Positions 49,716 to 59,541 of a stretch of 64,000 nt of DNA are shown here, one piece after another. This DNA comes from Polyangiaceae bacterium. Lineage in GTDB: Bacteria > Myxococcota_A > Polyangia > Polyangiales > Polyangiaceae. A program made the position numbers and the translations under genes. The notes beneath the pieces are model-generated. The model worked only from the letters and a program-made list of their open reading frames with translations. It searched no databases and was not told the origin of the DNA. Each line of letters opens with the position of its first letter. Position 1 is the stretch's first letter. The DNA is taken from NCBI GenBank assembly GCA_050300635.1, contig JBNKYC010000016.1, forward strand, positions 12,337 to 76,336, written 5' to 3'.

Positions 49716-50581
49716 GTCTCGCTGCGAAGCACCGCCAGCACTACGTCATCGCCAAGTTCTGGTAGGTGCTTGAGAGCCAAACCAAAGGGACGACGAGTGA
49801 TCTCGATCGCTCCGGTCCACATATCTTTGCCCTTGGATTTTTCGACAGGGTTCATTTTTACGATTTCTTCTCCGTTCACCGTCGGGGACACAGGAGCACC
49901 GTAAGCTTGACCACCCACCACGACATACACATAGAGCAAAGGAACCTTATCTCCCTCCTCGGTCTCACCCAAGACTTCTGAGCGGAGGGCCATCTCGAGA
50001 CGATAGGCGTAGGAGGACCAGGACCACCCGCTCACAAACAATCCGGCGGGCTGTCCGTCGAGCAGCACTCGAGACATGGCCAGCCATTGGGCATCTGGAC
50101 GTCCATTGACCCCCCGAGCCACGTCCCAGCTACCGCCAGTTTCGAAGTAGTCTTGGTTCAAGCCTTTCTTGCTCGTCGGATACACCTCAAACAAGTTCTT
50201 TTCGGCCATCTCGTCAGATTCGAGGTTGTTTCTCAAGATGGTTCCGTCCGCGGCCGCGATCAGAAAAAAGGTCGACTTCGCCGAACTGATATCCCGATTG
50301 TCGCTGCGAAGCCGAAGTAGTTCTTTGCGAGCATCGACAGCTGCCGGCTTCTCGGGAGCGGCTTGTCGAAAGAGCGCTTCGAGTTCTTTCGCCCCGGCTG
50401 GCATGCCGCGCCTCACCTCTCCGAGGTCCCGCTCAGCCGCTTTGGCGACGTACTCCATGTTCGGGACGACAAGCTTGGCGCTTTTTTTGCCACTGTCCTC
50501 GCATCCGACGACCGAAAGAAGGCCCACCGTGAGCAGGAGGCGCCGCGAAAAAGAGAGTGCCTGAAATGCTAGTCCATTCAT
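49712..50581 (-). CDS. hypothetical lipoprotein
   Basis: MNGLAFQALSFSRRLLLTVGLLSVVGC signal/lipobox. The ATG at 50581 forms an ATGA overlap with the bcp stop. Confidence 0.5.
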   Translation of the reverse strand: MNGLAFQALSFSRRLLLTVGLLSVVGCEDSGKKSAKLVVPNMEYVAKAAERDLGEVRRGMPAGAKELEALFRQAAPEKPAAVDARKELLRLRSDNRDISSAKSTFFLIAAADGTILRNNLESDEMAEKNLFEVYPTSKKGLNQDYFETGGSWDVARGVNGRPDAQWLAMSRVLLDGQPAGLFVSGWSWSSYAYRLEMALRSEVLGETEEGDKVPLLYVYVVVGGQAYGAPVSPTVNGEEIVKMNPVEKSKGKDMWTGAIEITRRPFGLALKHLPELGDDVVLAVLRSET

Positions 50582-51267
50582 GCCTGAGCTGCCTCCAAAA
50601 CCGCCTCCACATGGCCTTTGACTCTGACTCCTCGCCACTCTTTCTTCACTTTGCCATCAGCACCGATCAGAAAAGTGCTTCTCACGATCCCCCAATACTC
50701 ACGTCCATAGTTCTTCTTCAGAGCCCAAACACCGTAAGCTTGAGCGAGTTCCTTGTCGGGGTCGGATAGCAGAGTAAAAGGAAGCTCGTATTTGTTGGCA
50801 AAGCCTGCGTGGCTCTTGGCAGAATCGGGACTCACTCCAAGAACAGTCACCCCAAGCGCCTGAAAGTTCGCAATCCCGTCACGAAAATCGCAACTTTCGG
50901 TGGTGCAACCCGGAGTGTTGTCTTTGGGATAAAAGTAAAGAACGTAGGGAGTCTTCGCCAAACTGCTCGACTTAACAATCTGGTCCTCTTGGTTCTTGAG
51001 CCGAAAGGCGGGAGCCTTCTTTCCTACCAACGAGGTGGGCGCGCCCGCCAAGGACGCTTCTGCGGCAGAGGACTTCTTCGGGGGAGCCTTCTTGACGGGA
51101 GCTTTCTTCACCTTGCTCTTGGTAGAAGTCGCCTTCTTGGAAGCAGTTTTTTTAGCCGTCGCGGCGTTTTTTGCCAAAACGGGCTTCTTCGCCACGACTT
51201 TCTTTGAAGCGCCTGAGCCCCGCGCGGTAGAAGTAGAGGTTTTCTTGCTTGTCTTTTTTGCTGCCAT
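50578..51267 (-). CDS. bcp: thiol peroxidase Bcp (peroxiredoxin) with Lys/Ala-rich histone-H1-like N-terminal extension
   Basis: YFYPKDNTPGCTTESCDFRD is the Bcp active-site block. The first ~75 aa are AKK/KKA repeats. Confidence 0.85.
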   Translation of the reverse strand: MAAKKTSKKTSTSTARGSGASKKVVAKKPVLAKNAATAKKTASKKATSTKSKVKKAPVKKAPPKKSSAAEASLAGAPTSLVGKKAPAFRLKNQEDQIVKSSSLAKTPYVLYFYPKDNTPGCTTESCDFRDGIANFQALGVTVLGVSPDSAKSHAGFANKYELPFTLLSDPDKELAQAYGVWALKKNYGREYWGIVRSTFLIGADGKVKKEWRGVRVKGHVEAVLEAAQA

Positions 51268-51390
51268 CTCGACGATGAGAGTGATCTCAAGCGAGAGGAG
51301 CTGTCAACCAGAGGATGTTCCGGCGCTCGGATCATAATTTCCTGCCAGCCCTTGCCACGACCCAGGGTGGTCCTTAGATTCAGCGTCGAA

Positions 51391-51849
51391 ATGCTCGACC
51401 TACCTGACAACGGACTCTATCGCACAACCACAGCCATGCCCGGACACGAAGATGCCTTTCCGGCCGGTGTTCTTGTCTATGTGGGCGAGAAGTCCGGACA
51501 GAAGTTCGTGGTACGCCCTGGACAAAACAAGAACAATCGCTGGTTCTGGGGAGAGCCCACGACCCCGTTACGCAGCCCCACCTGGTCACGCACTCTCAAA
51601 AAGCTACCGAGTGAGGGTTTCTATACCCTGCCTCGCGAACTGAACTTCGATGGCGGAGGGCGCTGGCTCAAAAACGCCATCATTCAGCTTGGCTACAACG
51701 CGGAAGGCAAAGGCATTGCCTTCGTGGGCGAGAGCCGAGACACCTCGGAAGAGAACGCTCTCTACTTCAGTGAGCGGGGTATGATGATCGATGACGAGAT
51801 GCTCGAATCGTTGATCTGGGCTCCGATCCTTCCAGTGAAAAATAGCTGA
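51391..51849 (+). CDS. hypothetical protein
   Basis: 152-aa ORF from the ATG at 51391. No signal peptide and no family recognised. Confidence 0.4.
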   Translation: MLDLPDNGLYRTTTAMPGHEDAFPAGVLVYVGEKSGQKFVVRPGQNKNNRWFWGEPTTPLRSPTWSRTLKKLPSEGFYTLPRELNFDGGGRWLKNAIIQLGYNAEGKGIAFVGESRDTSEENALYFSERGMMIDDEMLESLIWAPILPVKNS

Positions 51850-51984
51850 GTTCGGCCGTCCGACTGACCAACTTGGCCCGCCCCAGAAAAGTTAAAAAAA
51901 AGTTCGCCCTGCCCCTTTAGACAATTCCTAGAGTGCCGTTATGGGCTGCGGAACATCGATTCCTACTCAATTAAGGAGGCACAA

Positions 51985-52275
51985 ATGGGCGAAGCAGCAC
52001 TCGATCAAACACAGTCAACTCTTCTGGAAAACGCGGACGCACTACTCCCCCCTCAGCCGCTCAAGCGGATGACTCTCAGGGATGTCCGCAAGGAACTCGG
52101 CCGGACCCAGGTCCAGGTAGCCAAGGAAGCTGGTATGTCTCAGGGCGACCTGAGCCGTCTGGAGCGTCGAAGCGACCACCTGCTTTCGACGCTTGAGCGA
52201 TACGCTGAGGCTCTCGGCGGGCGACTTGACGTCGCACTCGTACGGGGCACTCGTCGATACCCCCTTGAGTTCTAA
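51985..52275 (+). CDS. XRE-family helix-turn-helix protein
   Basis: LRDVRKELGRTQVQVAKEAGMSQGDLSRLERR is a Cro/C1-type HTH. An AAGGAGG Shine-Dalgarno lies 7 nt upstream of the ATG. Confidence 0.7.
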   Translation: MGEAALDQTQSTLLENADALLPPQPLKRMTLRDVRKELGRTQVQVAKEAGMSQGDLSRLERRSDHLLSTLERYAEALGGRLDVALVRGTRRYPLEF

Positions 52276-52284
52276 AACGGGGAC

Positions 52285-52305
52285 AAAAAACGAGGGATCC
52301 CCTCG
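52285..52305 (-). terminator. rho-independent terminator (minus strand)
   Basis: CGAGGG-GAT-CCCTCG followed by TTTTTTG on the minus strand, downstream of the sdh / cytochrome c genes. The stem is short. Confidence 0.45.
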
Positions 52306-52467
52306 ATGGCACGATGGGCAAGTGAGGAGGACCGGAGGGGTTTCGTCACTTGCCCTTCTTGTATCCACGCCAGGCGTTTACGTAACCATGCCTACATTGA
52401 CCCGCGGCGAGAGCGAATCGACCCCGTCCTAAACGCCACACTGTCGACGTTCAGGATCAAGGAAAAA

Positions 52468-53001
52468 TCACTGCTTCTTGGTATGGCAGTGAAAACAGCC
52501 GAAGCCCTCGTGGGTTTCGGGGTTGTAGGGCTCCTCGCCCAATATCGCCGCCATCTTGGGAACAACCGTCTCGCTCATGAACTTCGTCATTTCGGGATGC
52601 GCGCCCATCTCTTCTTCGTCGAGGGCCGGCAGAGACTTGCTCGGCATCTCGAATTCGCCGTTCTTAGCGCCGGGACCATGACAGGTCATGCAGTTGACCT
52701 TGCCAAATTCCTCTTGGCTGAAGGCCTGAAAAGCCTCGGTCATCTGAGGTACCACCACCTCCTTCATGACCTTCATACGTTCGGGAGGAGACATAGCGTC
52801 AAAGCTTTTATGCTCCCCTTCCTCACCCTGGACGGCCTCGGCCGAGGCCTCCGTAGAGGACGGCGCGGTTTCTTCTCCCCCCGCTGGTTCCGCTTCGGAA
52901 GGAGCGTCGGCCGGGGGAGTACTGCCCCCGCAAGCCGCGATGATTCCAGCTCCGGAAACTGACAGAATGAGCAAGTCCCTAACTTTTGTTGACCACATCA
53001 T
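52468..53001 (-). CDS. dihaem c-type cytochrome lipoprotein
   Basis: Two CXXCH motifs (CMTCH, CFHCH) and lipobox IIAAC. ATG pair at 53001. Confidence 0.65.
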   Translation of the reverse strand: MMWSTKVRDLLILSVSGAGIIAACGGSTPPADAPSEAEPAGGEETAPSSTEASAEAVQGEEGEHKSFDAMSPPERMKVMKEVVVPQMTEAFQAFSQEEFGKVNCMTCHGPGAKNGEFEMPSKSLPALDEEEMGAHPEMTKFMSETVVPKMAAILGEEPYNPETHEGFGCFHCHTKKQ

Positions 53002-53087
53002 GAATTTACACTTCTCCTCGACTCGCGGTGCACCAACGAGCACCTTGTTGCACACATCCCGCCACCCCGCGGGGAGATGCGTTGTAG

Positions 53088-53870
53088 TTATTTAACGCTG
53101 CGAGCCTTGAGCTCAGTGCGAGCGCTGACAGTCGCCTGAACAAAGTCGCGGTTCAACTTGGCGATGAACTCGACATCGATGCCTTTGGGACACGCGTCCA
53201 TGCACTCGTAATGATTGGTGCAGTGACCGAAACCTTCTGCCTCCATCTGAGCGACCATGTTTCGCACGCGCGCGCCCTTTTCGGGCTGCCCCTGGGGAAG
53301 CAGGTTCAAGTGCCCGGCCTTGGCTGCCGTAAAGAGCATAGCCGAAGCATTGGGGCACGCGGCGACACAAGCGCCACATCCAATGCAAGCCGCGGCGTCC
53401 ATTGAGCGATCAGCCTCTGGCTTGGCGATAGGAAGAGCATTCGCATCGGGAGGAGCCCCTGCGCGCGCCGAGATATACCCTCCCGACTGGATAATGCGGT
53501 CAAACGCCCCTCGGTCGACGACCAAGTCACGAACCACGGGAAAGGCCTTGGCACGCCAGGGTTCGATCCACAATTCGTCGCCCGTCTTGAACTGCCTCAT
53601 ATGAAGCTGACAGGTAGTTGTCGCCTTTTGGGGTCCATGGGGAGTGCCATTGATGACCATGCCACATGTCCCACAAATGCCCTCTCGACAGTCGTGATCA
53701 AAAGCGATCGGCTCTTCACCCTTCTCGATCAGCTCCTCATTGACCTGATCAAGCATCTCCAAGAAGGAGGAATGTTCGGAAATATTCGTCGCCTCGTAGC
53801 GGACAAACTCTCCCCGAGCCGAACTGTCCTTTTGTCGCCAAACGTGAAGCACAAGATTTAGGGTACTCAT
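53088..53870 (-). CDS. sdhB: succinate dehydrogenase/fumarate reductase iron-sulfur subunit
   Basis: [21 protein letters not shown] and [12 protein letters not shown] Fe-S cluster motifs. Confidence 0.95.
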   Translation of the reverse strand: MSTLNLVLHVWRQKDSSARGEFVRYEATNISEHSSFLEMLDQVNEELIEKGEEPIAFDHDCREGICGTCGMVINGTPHGPQKATTTCQLHMRQFKTGDELWIEPWRAKAFPVVRDLVVDRGAFDRIIQSGGYISARAGAPPDANALPIAKPEADRSMDAAACIGCGACVAACPNASAMLFTAAKAGHLNLLPQGQPEKGARVRNMVAQMEAEGFGHCTNHYECMDACPKGIDVEFIAKLNRDFVQATVSARTELKARSVK

Positions 53871-53904
53871 TTTCGTTTTCGTCCTTATTCGGCAATCGAG
53901 GGCG

Positions 53905-55833
53905 TTACTTGTAACTACGTTGTGAGGGTTTGACGTACTCGAAGTTTAGCGGTTCCTTATTGAGCGTCGGCTGGGACACATCACCCGAAAACTCCCACGC
54001 TGATACGAATTGGAAGTTCTCGTCATCACGCTTGGCCTCACCTTCCTCGGTTTGAGACTCCTGGCGAAAGTGACCGCCACAGGACTCAGCACGAGACAAC
54101 GCGTCGCGACACATGAGCTCGCCGAGCTCCAGAAAATCAGCTACGCGACCAGCCTTCTCGAGACTGACGTTGAGCTCGTCGCCATTGCCGAGCACGCGCA
54201 GATCCTTCCAGAACTGCTCGCGCAGCTGGGGGATCTTCTGAAGGGCGGTCTCCAAACCTTCTTTGGTTCGGGCCATGCCACAGTGCTCCCACATAATCTG
54301 GCCGAGTTCGCGATGGAAGGAATCGGGGCTACGGGAGCCTTTGATGTCGAGAAACTTCTGCATCCGGGCTTTGACCTCTTCGACCGCAGCAACGGCTTCC
54401 GGATGGTTTTCGTCGACGGCCGCTTTGGGTGCCTGGGCCAGGTAGTTGGCCACCGTATAGGGCAAAACAAAGTAACCATCCGCGAGCCCCTGCATGAGGG
54501 CCGACGCACCCAGACGGTTTGCTCCGTGGTCCGAGAAGTTAGCTTCACCGCCGACAAACATACCAGGGATGGTGCTCTCCAAATTGTAGTCCACCCACAG
54601 GCCGCCCATGGTGTAGTGGATAGCGGGATAGATACGCATCGGCGTCTCGTAGGGATCTTCCCCCGTGATGCGCTCATACATTTCGAAGAGGTTCCCGTAA
54701 CGTTCTTCCACGGCTTTGCGACCCAGACGCTGCACCGCGTCTCCGAAATCCAGATAGACACCTCGGCGCTGCCCCCCAACTTTGGGCCCCACCCCGAGCC
54801 CCTGATCGCACATATCCTTAGCTCGACGCGAGGCGATATCGCGAGGAACCAAGTTGCCGAAGCTGGGGTAGATGCGTTCGAGGTAGTAGTCGCGGTCCGC
54901 CTCAGGGATGGTGGAAGGATCCTTTTCGCAATCCTCGGCCTTCTTAGGGACCCAAACGCGTCCGTCGTTGCGAAGGGACTCGCTCATCAGAGTGAGTTTC
55001 GACTGACTTTCTCCGCTTACAGGAATGCAAGTGGGGTGGATCTGCGTGTAACAAGGGTTCGCGAAGAACGCCCCCTTGCGATGGGCCCGCCAGGTCGCCG
55101 TAGCGTTGCATCCCATGGCATTCGTCGAAAGAAAGAACACGTTGCCGTAGCCGCCTGTGCAGAGCACGACAACATCAGCCATGTGAGCCTCAATCTTTCC
55201 ACTCACCATATCTCGCGTCACGATGCCGCGCGCCCGGCCCTCGACCTTGATGAGCTCGAGCATTTCGGTGCGCGGGAACATCTTCACCGTTCCGGCATCC
55301 ATTTGCTTACTGAGGGCCTGATAGGCGCCGAGAAGCAGCTGTTGCCCCGTTTGACCGCGAGCGTAGAAGGTACGCGACACCTGAGCGCCGCCGAAGGACC
55401 GGTTAGCCAGGTTGCCACCGTATTCACGAGCGAAAGGCACCCCTTGAGCAACACATTGGTCGATAATGTTTACGCTCACTTCGGCCAGGCGATAGACGTT
55501 GTCCTCGCGCGCGCGGAAGTCGCCACCTTTGACCGTGTCGTAGAACAGCCGATAGACGCTGTCGCCGTCGTTCTGGTAGTTCTTGGCGGCATTAATACCG
55601 CCCTGGGCCGCGATACTGTGCGCTCGCCGAGGGCTGTCCTGGTAGCAGAATGCCTTCACATTGTAGCCTTGCTCTCCGAGCGTTGCCGCCAATGCGCCAC
55701 CGGCAAGGCCAGTACCAACGACAATGACTTGATGCTTGCGGCGGTTAGCTGGGTTGACCAGCTTCATGTTGAACTTGTGACGAGACCAGCGCGTCTCGAT
55801 GGGACCCTCGGGTGCTTTTGACTTGAGTTCCAT
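53905..55833 (-). CDS. sdhA: succinate dehydrogenase/fumarate reductase flavoprotein subunit
   Basis: [31 protein letters not shown] and HYTMGG. Confidence 0.95.
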   Translation of the reverse strand: MELKSKAPEGPIETRWSRHKFNMKLVNPANRRKHQVIVVGTGLAGGALAATLGEQGYNVKAFCYQDSPRRAHSIAAQGGINAAKNYQNDGDSVYRLFYDTVKGGDFRAREDNVYRLAEVSVNIIDQCVAQGVPFAREYGGNLANRSFGGAQVSRTFYARGQTGQQLLLGAYQALSKQMDAGTVKMFPRTEMLELIKVEGRARGIVTRDMVSGKIEAHMADVVVLCTGGYGNVFFLSTNAMGCNATATWRAHRKGAFFANPCYTQIHPTCIPVSGESQSKLTLMSESLRNDGRVWVPKKAEDCEKDPSTIPEADRDYYLERIYPSFGNLVPRDIASRRAKDMCDQGLGVGPKVGGQRRGVYLDFGDAVQRLGRKAVEERYGNLFEMYERITGEDPYETPMRIYPAIHYTMGGLWVDYNLESTIPGMFVGGEANFSDHGANRLGASALMQGLADGYFVLPYTVANYLAQAPKAAVDENHPEAVAAVEEVKARMQKFLDIKGSRSPDSFHRELGQIMWEHCGMARTKEGLETALQKIPQLREQFWKDLRVLGNGDELNVSLEKAGRVADFLELGELMCRDALSRAESCGGHFRQESQTEEGEAKRDDENFQFVSAWEFSGDVSQPTLNKEPLNFEYVKPSQRSYK

Positions 55834-55891
55834 AGTGTTCTCTTTAAAAACGATGGGGTTTCTGGGATGCGTTCAAATCAGTGGAGAGTGC

Positions 55892-56569
55892 TCAGTGGTG
55901 CACGATCCCCATCAGCACCGACAAGGGCAGAATGATGTTGCCAACCGTCACGACCATCGCCAGAAACTGTGCGATGCCCTTGACCGTCTCGTTACGCAAA
56001 GGATTGTTCAAACCCAAGGTCTGAAACAGGCTGTAAGAGCCGTGGTAGAGATGTAGGCCGAGCGAAATCATCGCAGCGATGTAGAGAGCAACCACCCAAG
56101 GGATAGAAAACCCATTAACGAAGTTGCTGTAGGCCGCCGAGTACGGCTGATGGTCGTAAGCCCCCATAGCCACTCCAGGGAAGGTAAAGTGGGCCAAGTG
56201 GTAAAGAATAAAGAAGAGCAAACTCAGCCCGCTGAACTTCATCGTGAGCGCAGCAAAGGTGGTGCGATCATTCTTCTTGACCCGATACCCCACCGGGCGA
56301 GCGGCCGCGGAGCGCGCGACCAACTGCATCGCCATCACGATGTGAAGGAGGACCGCTGCGAGCAGAACCAAGCGAGCCAAGATCAAGAACTTGCCTCCCA
56401 AGAGATCATGTATCCCGACGGCATACGAGTTGAAGGCTTCTGGTCCTAAGAAGATCTGCAGGTTGCCTGCCATGTGCCCCAGAACGAAGCCAAACAGAAC
56501 TAGGCCCGATAGGGCCATCACAATCTTCTTGCCAATGGTGGTGTCGATGAAACTTAACGCCTGGTTCAT
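55892..56569 (-). CDS. sdhC: succinate dehydrogenase cytochrome b subunit (b558-type, 5 TM)
   Basis: 225-aa polytopic protein with conserved His in its TM helices, directly upstream of sdhA. Confidence 0.8.
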   Translation of the reverse strand: MNQALSFIDTTIGKKIVMALSGLVLFGFVLGHMAGNLQIFLGPEAFNSYAVGIHDLLGGKFLILARLVLLAAVLLHIVMAMQLVARSAAARPVGYRVKKNDRTTFAALTMKFSGLSLLFFILYHLAHFTFPGVAMGAYDHQPYSAAYSNFVNGFSIPWVVALYIAAMISLGLHLYHGSYSLFQTLGLNNPLRNETVKGIAQFLAMVVTVGNIILPLSVLMGIVHH

Positions 56570-56795
56570 GGCTCCTCGTGGGTTTTAGTAGTCAAGCGAA
56601 CCCAGGAATACAACTCAAACAGTAGCTGGGGAGGGTCGATTCGACGGAAATGTATCGAAAAAGAACAGGGTCACCGGCAAGTTTCGAAATGAACAAGAAA
56701 CAGCCAACTCCATATTCACGGCCCGCATTGCCGTCCGGAAACCAGCCAACGAGCCAATACCCCCCTCAAAGAACAAACTGGGGACAGGAAGCCCG

Positions 56796-56833
56796 AAGCA
56801 AACAAGCCGCCCCATCAGAGTGGGACGGCTTGT
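56796..56833 (-). terminator. candidate terminator hairpin (minus strand)
   Basis: ACAAGCCGCCCCA / TGGGACGGCTTGT stem with one mismatch, followed on the minus strand by TTGCTT. The U-tract is weak. Confidence 0.4.
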
Positions 56834-56864
56834 CGTTAAACGGAAACAATCGACGTCGCGCGTA

Positions 56865-57063
56865 CTAGTGCTGCGACCGTTTAAATTCGAGGGCTTCTTG
56901 GTCTGTCAGCGTTGAGAGCCGGCTCGGTGTTCAGGAAGGGTCGCGGCACAAATGGGACGAGAAAAGTGCGGAGACCGAGAAGGGCGAGCGCGGTTTCGAA
57001 GCCGACCTCACTATCTTGGGGAGAGCTTCGAAACCGCTCATTTCTAAGTGGTCGTAGCACTAG
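56865..57063. repeat. 199-bp CTAG-bounded structured repeat, copy B
   Basis: Same length and orientation as 9184-9382, with 16 substitutions and no indels. Internal hairpin at 56990-57002 / 57025-57037. Confidence 0.85.
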
Positions 57064-58628
57064 GGGCACCCTGCCCCTGTGCAGTTGCAAGTCGAATTCG
57101 TCGGACACGCCGAGCACGTCGCCCCCTCGTCGCATTCCATAGTGAAGGTCGAGGCCTTGTCGGACTCCGCAGTAAAGGTGCAGTCTGCGCCTTTTTCGCA
57201 GTGAACCACGCCAATGTCCTGCTGGTATTGCTCCGAGATGATTTCACAAGTGGACCCGGCCTCGCAATTGATGACCGCGTCGACGTCCCCACCTGGCCCC
57301 ACAGCAAAAGAGTAGGAGCAGTCGCCGTCCTTGGCGCAGTTGAAGACGCCGGAAATGTCACCCTCCCACGCGTTGGTCGACGAAAGGTTGCAGTTAGAGT
57401 CCGGCTTGCAATCGACTTCGCAAAGCGCGCCCCCACCGGCGCAGTCGATGTTGCAGGTTGCCCCGGCGTTGCAGGACAGATCGGTGCAGTCCTCCTTCCA
57501 ACTGCACGCCATGTCGCACTCCACCGTCGTGCCACACTGCGCTCCTGAACACTCGGCGCTGTTGTTACAATCGGCAGACATCCCCTCGCCCAGGCACTTG
57601 GCCTGGTGATCCAAATCGCACAGACTACACAAGCTCAAGTCGTAGCGACAGTCACTACCGCAGGTATCGATGACGGAATCATCGCCGGTAAAACCAACGT
57701 CTTCGCAGGTCAAACCACCAGGCACGGTCCCCTCGCATTGTTCATCCCCGTTTTTTACCCCGTCGCCGCAGTACTCACAGGTGGACTCATCCCAGGTGGC
57801 ATCAAGGCCACAGCTAGCAACTCCCCCCGTGTAGTCCTCGGCAGGGTCCAAAATATCTCGGCAGTCAATGGTGACGTCGTAAGCCATCGGATCGCATTCG
57901 ATACAGTCAACGGTGTTCCACAGAGTCCCGCCGTCGCAAAACACGTCACCGACCGGCCGGGCACCCATCGTCGCCGTCGAGCAGCTGGGCGGAGTCACGT
58001 CCCCATCACAAAGAGCACACTCAGACCAATCGTAGCTACCTTCAGCGCTACAACTCGCCATTCCTCCGCGATTGTCCGTGGGGTTCATCGGCGAGTCGCA
58101 ATCCGCCGCCGGACCGCTTTCGTCACAAGCCGAACAAACGTCCATGGGTTCTTCAACCCATCCCAACCCTTTTTCGTCGCAGACGACCTTGCCATCTGGT
58201 GTCGCCTGATCGAGCAGAGCGCAAGATACTTCTTCGTCGGGGGTACAGAACATACACCCCGAAAGGTCCCAACCGTCCCCCTCGCACACAGCCATGCCGT
58301 TGGGGTATTCGTCGGAATGCTCGGAACAGGCCTCTTCTGCGCCCTTCTCGCATACGGGAGGGGCGCCTCCGTCGTTGCTTCCACCCGAGCTGCTCGCTCC
58401 CCCAGGATCGGTTTTACCCCCACCCGATGCGTTGGATGCTCCACCGGAGCTCCCGCTCACACCTCCCGACGCGGTCGAAACGCGCCCCCCCGAACCGTCA
58501 CCGTCCCCGGAAGAGTCGGAGCCGCCGCTCCCTCCCCCGTTTCCGGTCGATTCGACTTGGGCACAAGAAAAAGTGAGGGCACCAGATACGGCAAAAACGA
58601 CGCCCCAGCGGGCGAATTGATGAGTCAA
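57060..58628 (-). CDS. secreted cysteine-rich repeat lipoprotein (Myxococcus-type Cys-rich repeats)
   Basis: Lipobox LTFSC, a Gly/Ser-rich linker and dozens of Cys, including CGDGVKNGDEQCEG. A TTG at 58628 follows a GGAG Shine-Dalgarno. The ORF is open to 58700. The stop TAG lies inside the repeat terminus. Confidence 0.7.
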   Translation of the reverse strand: MTHQFARWGVVFAVSGALTFSCAQVESTGNGGGSGGSDSSGDGDGSGGRVSTASGGVSGSSGGASNASGGGKTDPGGASSSGGSNDGGAPPVCEKGAEEACSEHSDEYPNGMAVCEGDGWDLSGCMFCTPDEEVSCALLDQATPDGKVVCDEKGLGWVEEPMDVCSACDESGPAADCDSPMNPTDNRGGMASCSAEGSYDWSECALCDGDVTPPSCSTATMGARPVGDVFCDGGTLWNTVDCIECDPMAYDVTIDCRDILDPAEDYTGGVASCGLDATWDESTCEYCGDGVKNGDEQCEGTVPGGLTCEDVGFTGDDSVIDTCGSDCRYDLSLCSLCDLDHQAKCLGEGMSADCNNSAECSGAQCGTTVECDMACSWKEDCTDLSCNAGATCNIDCAGGGALCEVDCKPDSNCNLSSTNAWEGDISGVFNCAKDGDCSYSFAVGPGGDVDAVINCEAGSTCEIISEQYQQDIGVVHCEKGADCTFTAESDKASTFTMECDEGATCSACPTNSTCNCTGAGCP

Positions 58629-58783
58629 GTTGGTTTCTCCAAGAAAGTGGTTACCGAAGAATAATCTAGCGAGGCTGTTGTAACAACAACGCGTTGCCAC
58701 GATTCTGTAGAAAACCTGCCCCTTCTTGACTCACTCGCGGGCTCAGCGCGCAGCACCCAAGCTTCAGCCCCTAAAATAGCTCA

Positions 58784-58812
58784 CAAAAAAAGAGCCTCGT
58801 CCGGACGGACTC
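58784..58812 (-). terminator. rho-independent terminator (minus strand) after sodB
   Basis: An imperfect GAGCCTCGTCCGGACGGACTC hairpin, followed on the minus strand by a T7-8 run. Confidence 0.55.
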
Positions 58813-58861
58813 AGCCCTTTTCTTCGCCACGCACTTACATGTGCGCCACTTGTGAACGCTC

Positions 58862-59437
58862 TCAGAGATTCTGAGCGACGAAATCCCAATTGATGAGTTT
58901 GTCGCAAAAGGCCTCAAGGAAAGCCGGGCGCGCGTTGCGGTGATCGATGTAGTAGGCGTGCTCCCAAACGTCCACACAAGCCAAAGGCTTGTCTGAGCCT
59001 GTGAGGGGCGTTTCGGCGTTAGACGTGGTCACAACTTTGAGCTCACCGCCGCTGAGTACCAACCAACCCCAGCCAGAGCCAAACTGAGCACCGGCCTTGG
59101 CGATGATGTCCGCGCGCAGCTTGTCCCAACCGCCGTACTTTTCCACCAGGTCCGAAACTGGACCCGCCGGGGGTGCACCGCCTCCGCCGGGTTTGATGCT
59201 GTTCCACCAAAAGGTGTGATTCCAGATCTGAGCGGCGTTGTTGAATACGCCGCCCGAGCTCGACTTCACGACATCTTCGAGAGATTTTTCTGCATCGGGG
59301 GTTCCCTCAAGCGCAGCCTTGAGTTTAGTCATGTACCCTTTGTGATGCTTTTCGTAGTGAAACTCGAGAGTCTCTTTTGACATCACGGGTTCGAGCGCGT
59401 CTTTTGCGTAGGGAAGTTCGGGAACTACAAATTCCAT
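58862..59437 (-). CDS. sodB: iron superoxide dismutase
   Basis: PELPYAKDALEP, FNNAAQIWNHTFWW and DVWEHAYYIDHRNARP are close to the E. coli SodB blocks. ATG at 59437. Confidence 0.95.
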   Translation of the reverse strand: MEFVVPELPYAKDALEPVMSKETLEFHYEKHHKGYMTKLKAALEGTPDAEKSLEDVVKSSSGGVFNNAAQIWNHTFWWNSIKPGGGGAPPAGPVSDLVEKYGGWDKLRADIIAKAGAQFGSGWGWLVLSGGELKVVTTSNAETPLTGSDKPLACVDVWEHAYYIDHRNARPAFLEAFCDKLINWDFVAQNL

Positions 59438-59541
59438 GGTGCTTAATCCTTCGATGGAGGTGTGGACGGACACGCGCTCGGCGCAGCCGTCTTCGTTTGT
59501 TCGCAGATTATGCGCAAAACCTGCGGCGAGTACAGAGTTGC

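Noticed and set aside
52306-52962. 218-aa plus-strand ORF
   Set aside because: It is antisense to the dihaem cytochrome c gene, which has a lipobox and two CXXCH motifs. The plus-strand ORF has no features.
54010-55821. 603-aa ORF on the plus strand
   Set aside because: It is entirely antisense to the unmistakable sdhA gene. Its sequence is Arg/Leu/Gly-rich with no motifs, typical of a shadow ORF in GC-rich DNA.
57606-58664. 352-aa plus-strand ORF
   Set aside because: It is antisense to the Cys-rich repeat lipoprotein gene. It has no signal or motif and an Arg/Thr-rich composition typical of an antisense frame.
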